39,376 nucleotides of DNA, from sequence record DRR378314_1300; one strand, written 5' to 3'. The notes under the pieces were generated by a model that had not been told where the DNA came from, searched no databases, and saw only the letters and a program-made list of their open reading frames with translations. The position numbers were made by a program, and so were the translations under genes. Positions 10,517 to 18,522 of this stretch are shown one piece after another. Each line of letters opens with the position of its first letter. Position 1 is the stretch's first letter.

Positions 10517-10604
10517 GCAGGGCGTTCTGAAACACGCTGTGAATACGTCCCTGTACGCTTGGGCTCCACCATCCATGGCTCCGCACAGTTTCAGAACGCC
10601 CTGC
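10517..10604 (-). ncRNA. Structured intergenic element, TwoAYGGAY-like (long basal stem, two ANGGAY-loop hairpins)
   Basis: Perfect 17-bp inverted repeat GCAGGGCGTTCTGAAAC (10517-10533) / GTTTCAGAACGCCCTGC (10588-10604). Inside, the minus strand has GCC-AUGGAU-GGU (10579-10568) and GUAC-AGGGAC-GUAU (10556-10543). Family assignment is from recall. Confidence 0.6.
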
Positions 10605-10682
10605 CCACCCACCTTTGCAGGCTTGGGCATCGCCTTCCGGTGCCCACTACCCACTCCAGCAGAACGGTGCGTTCGCTTAAGC

Positions 10683-11681
<999 letters not shown>

Positions 11682-11797
11682 TCACGTAATCGGTGCATTG
11701 GTCCGGGTGCAGGTCCGGAGGAAAAGGGCAAAAGGCTACCATGAACAGGATTGGTTTCCAGTTGTTTTGCCCAATTCATTCCATTAAGTGTTGCTAT

Positions 11798-12709
11798 TCA
11801 TTCAATGACAGAGACTGAGGTCAGAAGTTGCCTCACCCGCTCAGCACTCTTTCCAGACTCTCCCTGTTCCAGGCGGTGCTCGGCCACGGACGGGAATACC
11901 GCCTGGATGTCATCCGGCAATACATGGTGGCGGCCGTCCATCAGCGCCCACGCCCTCGCGGCGCGCACCAGCCCGAGCCCGGCCCTGGGTGACAGGCCGT
12001 ACAACAGGCCTGGCATGCGCCGGCTCTGTTCCAGCAGGCGTTGAACGTAGTCCAGCAGTGCGGGGCTTGTGGTTACCCGATTGACGGCATCCTGGAGGGT
12101 CTGCAGGTTTTCCGAGGAAAGCAGGGATTGAAGTCGATCGGTCATTATCCGACGGTCTTCGCCCTCGAGCAGTTCGCGCTCAGCGCGTGGGTCTGGGTAA
12201 CCCAGGCGTATGCGCATCAGGAATCGGTCAAGCTGGGATTCCGGTAACGGATAGGTGCCGCCCTGTTCGATGGGATTCTGAGTCGCGATCACAAAGAACG
12301 GGTGGGGCAGGGGCCGTGTTTCGCCCTCGATGGATACCTGCCTTTCCTCCATGGCTTCCAGCAATGCGCTCTGGGTTCGAGGCGAGGCGCGGTTGATTTC
12401 GTCCGCCAGGACGACCTGGGCAAAGATAGGCCCGGGGTGGAACACAAGGCTGCCGGCCTGCTTGTCATACATGGAGAAGCCGAGTACGTCAGCGGGCAGC
12501 AGATCATTGGTGAACTGAATGCGCTGGTAGGTCAGCCCCATGACTTTGGCGAGCGCGTGGGACAGCGTGGTCTTGCCCATCCCCGGGATGTCTTCGATCA
12601 GCAGGTGGCCTCTGGCCAGCAGGCCGCAAAGAGAGAGCCGAACCTGATGATCCTTGCCCAGAAGTATGCTGTTCAACTCGCGGATGACCGTATCCGTCAG
12701 TTTTTTCAT
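11798..12709 (-). CDS. MoxR-family AAA+ ATPase
   Basis: GHLLIEDIPGMGKT, RIQFTNDLLPAD, LADEINRASPRTQSALLEAM, ATQNP.EQ.GTYPLPESQLDRF, GLSPRA. Confidence 0.93.
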   Translation of the reverse strand: MKKLTDTVIRELNSILLGKDHQVRLSLCGLLARGHLLIEDIPGMGKTTLSHALAKVMGLTYQRIQFTNDLLPADVLGFSMYDKQAGSLVFHPGPIFAQVVLADEINRASPRTQSALLEAMEERQVSIEGETRPLPHPFFVIATQNPIEQGGTYPLPESQLDRFLMRIRLGYPDPRAERELLEGEDRRIMTDRLQSLLSSENLQTLQDAVNRVTTSPALLDYVQRLLEQSRRMPGLLYGLSPRAGLGLVRAARAWALMDGRHHVLPDDIQAVFPSVAEHRLEQGESGKSAERVRQLLTSVSVIE

Positions 12710-12716
12710 GAAATGC

Positions 12717-13640
12717 TTAGTCCCTTACCCGCTTGAGAATGTCACCGTAGGCGTCGATGCGCCGATCTCTGAAATACGGCCAGATTCGACGAATCGATTC
12801 ACTGCGACAGCGGTTAATGACGGCGGACAGTATGGTTTCCGAGTGGTCGTCGGCCCGAGCCAGGAATTCTCCCTGAGGGCCGCAGATGAAGCTGTTGCCC
12901 CAGAAACGGATACCGTCCGAGCTGCCGGAGGGGTCCGGTTCCGTGCCTATCCGATTTGGTGCGATGACCGGGAGGTTATTGGCCACCGCATGACCGCGTT
13001 GAACGGTCACCCAGGCATCCAGTTGGCGCGACTGCTCCTCGGGGTCGTCAGTGACGTCCCAGCCAATGGCAGTGGGGTAGATCAGCACCTCGGCGCCGGC
13101 CAGGGCCATCAGGCGGGCGGCTTCTGGATACCACTGGTCCCAACACACCATTACGCCCAGGCGGCCCACGGAGGTATCGATGGGCGTGAAACCGCTGCGG
13201 CCGTCGTTGAAGCTGGCGTCGCCCGGGGTGAAATAGAATTTCTCATAGAAGCCGGGGTCGTCCGGGATATGCATCTTGCGGTAGAGGCCGGCCATGCTGC
13301 CATCCCGCTCGAATACGACGGCGGTGTTGTGGTAAACGCCGTTCATTCGCCGCTCAAAAATGGAGCCAACGAGAACGATGCCAAGCTCCGCAGCAAGAGC
13401 CGATAGCCGATCGCTGGTTGGGCCGGGAATCGGTTCGGCGAGTTCGAACACGGAGGTATCTTCGGTCTGGCAGAAATAAAGCGTCGCGTGCAATTCCTGC
13501 AGTACGACCAGTTGAGCGCCATCTGCCGCCGCCTGCCGGACCAGCCGCTCGCTGGTGGCCAGGCTGGTCGCTTTGTCGGCACTGCACGGCTGTTGGATGG
13601 CGGCAATCGCCAGCTCGCCGGAAGGGATGGTGCCATTCAT
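12717..13640 (-). CDS. aguB: Carbon-nitrogen hydrolase, probable N-carbamoylputrescine amidase
   Basis: Nitrilase triad motifs LQEL, YRKMHIPDDPGFYEKFYFTPGD, CWDQWYPEAAR; ATGA overlap with the upstream agmatine deiminase. Confidence 0.8.
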   Translation of the reverse strand: MNGTIPSGELAIAAIQQPCSADKATSLATSERLVRQAAADGAQLVVLQELHATLYFCQTEDTSVFELAEPIPGPTSDRLSALAAELGIVLVGSIFERRMNGVYHNTAVVFERDGSMAGLYRKMHIPDDPGFYEKFYFTPGDASFNDGRSGFTPIDTSVGRLGVMVCWDQWYPEAARLMALAGAEVLIYPTAIGWDVTDDPEEQSRQLDAWVTVQRGHAVANNLPVIAPNRIGTEPDPSGSSDGIRFWGNSFICGPQGEFLARADDHSETILSAVINRCRSESIRRIWPYFRDRRIDAYGDILKRVRD

Positions 13641-14689
13641 GGGGTTACAATCCCTGCCGGTATCTGCATGGTGACGCAATGCAAGCTGCCATGCTGCCCG
13701 ATCAACGGGCGGCAGTTCACCGGAATGATTTCCCGCTCGGGGAAAAGCCTGCCCAGGGTCGCCAGTGCCTCTTGATCCTGTGGTACGTCGTAAATCGGCA
13801 CCAGTACCGCACCGTTGATGATCAGGAAATTGGCATAGGTCGCCGGAAGCCGCTCGCCATCTGCGTCGTGAATGGCTTCGGGCCAGGGCAGTGGGGTCAG
13901 GCGATAGGGGTGGCCATTCGCCTGGTGAAACTGTTGCAGTTCCTCTTCCATGGCGGCAAGGGCACTGTAGTGTTCATCGCTGACATCCGGGCAGGCCACG
14001 TAACAGATGTGGTCCGGGGCGCAAAAGCGCGCCAGGGTATCGATGTGGCTGTCGGTGTCGTCGCCCGCGAGGTAGCCGTGGTTGAGCCAGAGGATGCGCT
14101 CCGTTCCCAGTGTTTCGGACAACAGATGCTCGATGCCGGCGCGATCCAGTGACGGATTGCGAGACGGCGTCAGCAGGCATTCACTGGTGGTGAGCAGGGT
14201 GCCCTCCCCATCGGATTCAATGGAGCCTCCCTCGAGTACAAAATCGACGGGTATCAATGGCGTTGCGCCAAAGCTGCCGAAATTCGACAGATGACTGTTC
14301 AGGGCGTTGTCTTTTTCCCAGGGAAACTTTCCGCCCCAGGCATTGAAATGAAAGTCCAGCAACTCGTGCCCCTCGCCACGGCTGATGGCGATGGGGCCGT
14401 GGTCGCGGGCCCAGGTATCGTTGGCGGGGGCCGGGACCGCCACAACACGGCCGGGCAAGCCATTGTCCTGAGCAAAGTGGTTGAGTTCCCTTTCCAGCTC
14501 CTGCAGGCGGGCAACGTGTTCACAACTGAGAACAACATGCTGGAAACGAAGCACAGCCCGGGCAATCTCCATAAACACCGGTTCGACATCGGCGAGAATG
14601 TCGCTCCAGTCCGTTCCGGGATGGGGCCAGGTAAGCATGATGGCGCTTTGGGGTGCCCACTCGGCGGGCATCACAGGTCTGGAAGTCAA
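13637..14689 (-). CDS. aguA: Agmatine deiminase / PPAD-family protein
   Basis: MPAEW, WARDHGP, FNAWGGKF, LEGGSIESDGEG, GDDTDSHIDTLARF, ATYANF, GSLHCVT. Start placed at TTG 14689 (RBS AAGGTG) because a TAGAAT -10 overlaps the alternative ATG at 14719. Confidence 0.85.
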   Translation of the reverse strand: MTSRPVMPAEWAPQSAIMLTWPHPGTDWSDILADVEPVFMEIARAVLRFQHVVLSCEHVARLQELERELNHFAQDNGLPGRVVAVPAPANDTWARDHGPIAISRGEGHELLDFHFNAWGGKFPWEKDNALNSHLSNFGSFGATPLIPVDFVLEGGSIESDGEGTLLTTSECLLTPSRNPSLDRAGIEHLLSETLGTERILWLNHGYLAGDDTDSHIDTLARFCAPDHICYVACPDVSDEHYSALAAMEEELQQFHQANGHPYRLTPLPWPEAIHDADGERLPATYANFLIINGAVLVPIYDVPQDQEALATLGRLFPEREIIPVNCRPLIGQHGSLHCVTMQIPAGIVTP

Positions 14690-14763
14690 GTTGTGAACAC
14701 CTTTTGCAAAAGTCGCCATTCTAACGAACAGTCTGGGTTGCGTCAGGACATGCGGGAGATTTT

Positions 14764-15072
14764 TTAGCGGCCGGGTTTGAGCACGGCATGGATCACCCGG
14801 TCGGCTTCAAAATAGACGACGAAATCCGCGTAGTGCCATTGGGAGATCGGTGGGTTGCCCACGGGCCCCGACGTACCTACCGGGTTGCCCCAGCCGCTGC
14901 GTACGCTGGACTGACTCATACCGGTGCGCGGCAGGTTCTCCTGGGCGCTGCGCTCAGCCTGCGACATCACCGGAACCCGAACCTCCTCGGCCACCACGGT
15001 GGTCAGCGGGGCGACCGCCAATCCTGTGATGGTTACGGCGGCACAGACGGCTTTAATGGTGCGGTTTTTCAT
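14764..15072 (-). CDS. Small secreted conserved hypothetical protein
   Basis: Signal peptide (MKNRTIK...VVA|EE), upstream GGAG, motif P.TGMSQ..V...WGNP...VGNPPISQW.Y.DF.VYFE.DRV.HAV. Confidence 0.75.
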   Translation of the reverse strand: MKNRTIKAVCAAVTITGLAVAPLTTVVAEEVRVPVMSQAERSAQENLPRTGMSQSSVRSGWGNPVGTSGPVGNPPISQWHYADFVVYFEADRVIHAVLKPGR

Positions 15073-15220
15073 CAGTGACTAACTCCATGGGATCGTTGCG
15101 TCCGATTGAACGGTGTTGTCTGGACAGTACCGTGGAAGGTGGCCCGCCGGACATTGATAAAACGTAATATCCAATAAAGACTAACAAATGTCAGCCCGAA
15201 TTCGATGATTTGTGGACCGT

Positions 15221-15808
15221 TTACTCTTTCTGGCGTTGGCGAACCTGCCAGCGCATCACATGGCGGGCAATTTGCTGGCGATCACCGTCATGGATTTCGG
15301 TAAACTCCGTATGAACCGTGCCACCGCCGCTTTTATCCGATACAACGTCAATGACCTGGGCAATGGCAACGGGCTGGAACAGCTCAGGCGGCAGGGTCAT
15401 TCTCAGGGCGAGCTGTTCCCCGGTGGAAAAGCGGTTGGTCGGGCTGTGGAACGACAGTCCTCCTTCGCTAAGGGTAACGTCCTGCCAGTCCCCAGGTTGC
15501 AACGGATTTTGCTCAAAGGCCATAATGCGCGCCAGCGTATCCAGCTTCCCGTTCAGAGACTTGATCAGCGAGGTCAGCAGACGGTCACGTTCTGCCAGGT
15601 TGGCAAGATGTGCCCTGACGTCCTGATCCAGGCGCCTGAACTCCGAACGCAGGCTTTCCAGGTGGTTGCCATTAAAGGGATTTTCCCGGTTGGCTTCGCC
15701 CGGATCCAGTGTTCGGATCTCCAGGCCGATGTGGTCACTGATGCGAAAGAAATCCCTGCGGTCAGAGGGAATATCTGCCGGATGATTGTCGGGTGTCATT
15801 GCAGGCAT
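15221..15808 (-). CDS. PilZ-domain protein
   Basis: N-terminal RRDFFRI (RxxxR), helical middle segment, VTLSEGGLSF, C-terminal EFTEIHDGDRQQIARHV; divergent from the lol genes like P. aeruginosa PA2989. Confidence 0.85.
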   Translation of the reverse strand: MPAMTPDNHPADIPSDRRDFFRISDHIGLEIRTLDPGEANRENPFNGNHLESLRSEFRRLDQDVRAHLANLAERDRLLTSLIKSLNGKLDTLARIMAFEQNPLQPGDWQDVTLSEGGLSFHSPTNRFSTGEQLALRMTLPPELFQPVAIAQVIDVVSDKSGGGTVHTEFTEIHDGDRQQIARHVMRWQVRQRQKE

Positions 15809-15922
15809 CTAGGCTCCATAACACGGTATTATTGTTTCCTGATAGCAGTTTAGCAGCTTCCTGCCGGTCCGTATCGCCGCAGGATTTTCGACAGACCAGA
15901 AGGCAGCGACAGGCTCCTCCCA

Positions 15923-17164
15923 ATGTTCAGACCCTTATCCTTGTATGTCGGTTTGCGGTATACCGCGGCCAAGCGACGTAATCACTTCATTTCATTCATT
16001 TCGCTGACGTCCATGATTGGCCTGATGCTGGGCGTCGCCGTCCTGATTATCGTGTTGTCGGTCATGAACGGCTTTGACCGTGAGCTAAAACAGCGAATTC
16101 TGGGCATGGTGCCTCACGCCGTGATCCAGGGTAACCCCGATCTTGGTAACTGGCAGGAGGTTGATCGAGAGGTCGAGAAACACCCATCCGTTATCGCCGC
16201 GGCCCCCTTTATTCAGGGGCAGGGCATGGTGACCGGCGGCGGCGACGTCCGTGGCGTGATGCTCAATGGCGTGTTGCCAGAGCAGGAGCGAAGCGTTTCC
16301 ATTATTGAAAACCATATGATCGAGGGCGGGCTGGACGATCTGAAATCCGGAGAGTTCGGTATTATTGTCGGCCGCCAGATGGCCGCCAGCCTGCGCTTGC
16401 AGCTTGGTGACCGGGTGACCGTGGTGTTACCGGAAGCGTCGGTGACCCCGGCCGGTGTGCTACCGCGTCTCAAGCGCTTTACCGTCAAGGGCGTATTCAG
16501 TGTTGGCGCAGAACTGGATGGCAACTACACGCTGATTCATATGGATGATGCGTCGAAGCTCATGCGTACCGACGGCAAGGCTCAGGGCGTGCGTCTGCTG
16601 GTGGAGGATCTTTTCCAGGCACCGAAAGTGGCGGAGGAGGTTGCGCGCCAGCTTACCGGGCGCCACTACATATCGGACTGGACCCGTACCCATGGCAACC
16701 TGTTCCAGGCCATCCGCATGGAGAAGACGATGATCGGCCTGCTGCTGATGTTCATCGTGGCCGTGGCGGCGTTCAACATTGTGTCCACGCTGGTGATGGT
16801 TGTCACCGACAAAACGGCGGACATCGCCATCCTGCGAACCATGGGGGCAACACCCGGGCGAATCATGCGTATCTTCATCGTTCAGGGCGCGGTCATTGGC
16901 ATTACCGGTACCCTGGTGGGAACGACACTGGGCGTTCTGGGCGCTTACAACATCAGTGGGTTCATTGCCTGGCTGGAGTCTTTCATGGGCCACCAGTTCC
17001 TCAGCGCGGATGTCTATTTCATAAGCTATCTGCCGTCGCAGCTGCAGTGGCAGGACGTGTGGATTATCAGTGGTGCCGGCCTCGCCATGAGTCTGTTGGC
17101 AACGATCTATCCGGCGTGGAGAGCGTCCCGCGTCGACCCGGCGGAGGCCCTAAGATATGAGTGA
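15923..17164 (+). CDS. Lipoprotein-releasing ABC transporter permease (LolC/E/F family)
   Basis: GLRY..AKRRNHFISFIS, VLSVMNGF, EKTMIGLLL, VAAFNIVSTL, DIAILRTMGA, YPAWRASRVDPAEALRYE. Confidence 0.95.
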   Translation: MFRPLSLYVGLRYTAAKRRNHFISFISLTSMIGLMLGVAVLIIVLSVMNGFDRELKQRILGMVPHAVIQGNPDLGNWQEVDREVEKHPSVIAAAPFIQGQGMVTGGGDVRGVMLNGVLPEQERSVSIIENHMIEGGLDDLKSGEFGIIVGRQMAASLRLQLGDRVTVVLPEASVTPAGVLPRLKRFTVKGVFSVGAELDGNYTLIHMDDASKLMRTDGKAQGVRLLVEDLFQAPKVAEEVARQLTGRHYISDWTRTHGNLFQAIRMEKTMIGLLLMFIVAVAAFNIVSTLVMVVTDKTADIAILRTMGATPGRIMRIFIVQGAVIGITGTLVGTTLGVLGAYNISGFIAWLESFMGHQFLSADVYFISYLPSQLQWQDVWIISGAGLAMSLLATIYPAWRASRVDPAEALRYE

Positions 17165-17867
17165 TTCAACAACCATGAACGATGACAGGTCCTTGGTTAT
17201 CAACTGCGAAAAAGTGACCAGAACCTACAATGAAGGGCCGAGCCAACTGACGATTTTTTCGGACATCTCTCTGCGGGTATCGGCCGGCGAGTCCGTCGGT
17301 ATTGTTGGCAGCAGTGGCGCCGGTAAAACCACGTTGTTGAACCTGCTCGGGGGGCTGGATAAACCTTCCTCTGGCCACATCGATATCTGCGGACAGGATA
17401 TCCATGGCATGAGTGAAGCTGGCAGGGCGCATTTTCGGAACCGTCACCTTGGCTTCGTGTACCAGTTCCATCACCTGTTGCCGGAGTTTTCCGCCCTGGA
17501 AAACGTCATGATGCCGGGGGCGCTGGGTGGTCGTGGCGTGCGGCAGGCCTCGGCGCAGGCAACCGCTATTCTTGAGCGGGTTGGGTTGGGTGCACGTCTG
17601 GCCCACAAACCCGGGGAGCTGTCTGGCGGTGAGCGCCAGCGTGTGGCGATTGCCCGGGCGCTGGTGAACGAGCCTGAATGCGTGTTGATGGATGAACCCA
17701 CCGGTAACCTGGATGAGCAGACCGGGGAAAGTGTCCGGGAGCTTATCGAGTCCTTGCGGGATCAGCTCGGTATTGCGTTCGTGCTGGTCACCCACGACAT
17801 GGCCATGGCCAGAAGCCTGGGCCGTGTGCTACGGCTGGAGCAGGGGGAGTTGTTTCAGGAGCTTTGA
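17157..17867 (+). CDS. lolD: Lipoprotein-releasing ABC transporter ATPase LolD
   Basis: GSSGAGKT, LolD motif GFVYQFHHLLPEF, LSGGERQRVAIARAL, DEPTGNLD. Confidence 0.95.
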   Translation: MSDSTTMNDDRSLVINCEKVTRTYNEGPSQLTIFSDISLRVSAGESVGIVGSSGAGKTTLLNLLGGLDKPSSGHIDICGQDIHGMSEAGRAHFRNRHLGFVYQFHHLLPEFSALENVMMPGALGGRGVRQASAQATAILERVGLGARLAHKPGELSGGERQRVAIARALVNEPECVLMDEPTGNLDEQTGESVRELIESLRDQLGIAFVLVTHDMAMARSLGRVLRLEQGELFQEL

Positions 17868-18427
17868 CGAATGTCGGTGCCCGGCTTGGACTTGCGGGCG
17901 GTCCGGCGGTGGCGGATCCGCAATAGCTGGCGTTCGCGCCAGTCGCTGCGGACCTTGCGCCGCCACAGGAATTGGATGACGAGATAGGCAAGGCAGGCTG
18001 AGCAGGTTGCCACCAGCAGTGACCCCAGATAGAGGGGAATGCCGATATCCATCAGTCGCCCGCTGAGCCAGGACCAGGACAACTGGAACTCGAAATTCAG
18101 TACCGGCCTGTCCAGTATCCAGGCTCCGATCTTGTAATTAAAGTAGAACATCGGTGGCATGGTGACGGGATTGCTGATCCAGACCAGTACCACCGACAGC
18201 GGCAGGTTGGCGTTAAACCAGATGGCGAAGAAGGCAGCAGCAACCATCTGGAACGGCATTGGAATGAAGGCCAGGAAAATGCCCACAAGGAACGCCCGGG
18301 CAACACTGTGCCGATTGATATGCCACAGGTTCGGTTCATGAAGAATATCTCCGAGGAAGTGCAGCGACTCGATAGAGCGCACTCGTTCCGGCGTCGGTAG
18401 ATAACGTTTCATGAACTTCTTTGGCAT
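17855..18427 (-). CDS. DUF2062-family membrane protein
   Basis: LWHINRHSVARAF, PMPFQM, NLPLSV.LVWISNPVTMPP; position between lolD and comEC. Confidence 0.85.
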   Translation of the reverse strand: MPKKFMKRYLPTPERVRSIESLHFLGDILHEPNLWHINRHSVARAFLVGIFLAFIPMPFQMVAAAFFAIWFNANLPLSVVLVWISNPVTMPPMFYFNYKIGAWILDRPVLNFEFQLSWSWLSGRLMDIGIPLYLGSLLVATCSACLAYLVIQFLWRRKVRSDWRERQLLRIRHRRTARKSKPGTDIRQSS

Positions 18428-18522
18428 TGGGAAGTTCTGCCTGCTCGGGATAATGGTTCCGGCGTATGGTGGCTCCCGGAAATGACCAACTATCAGGAGG
18501 ACAAGGATTGTCCGGAAGTACT

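Noticed and set aside
10453..10572. N-terminal extension of aat in the ORF track
   Set aside because: Runs through the structured non-coding element; Aat-like sequence begins at MTSLPWL (10452).
10517..10604. Possible IS or MITE ends, or a CRISPR repeat
   Set aside because: Single copy in the window, no transposase, no evident target-site duplication, no repeat-spacer periodicity. Kept only as a structured element.
11692..11778. Short GGTGCA..GGTCCGG duplication and a possible OxyR/LysR box upstream of trxB
   Set aside because: Too degenerate against ATAG-N7-CTAT periodicity to support by eye.
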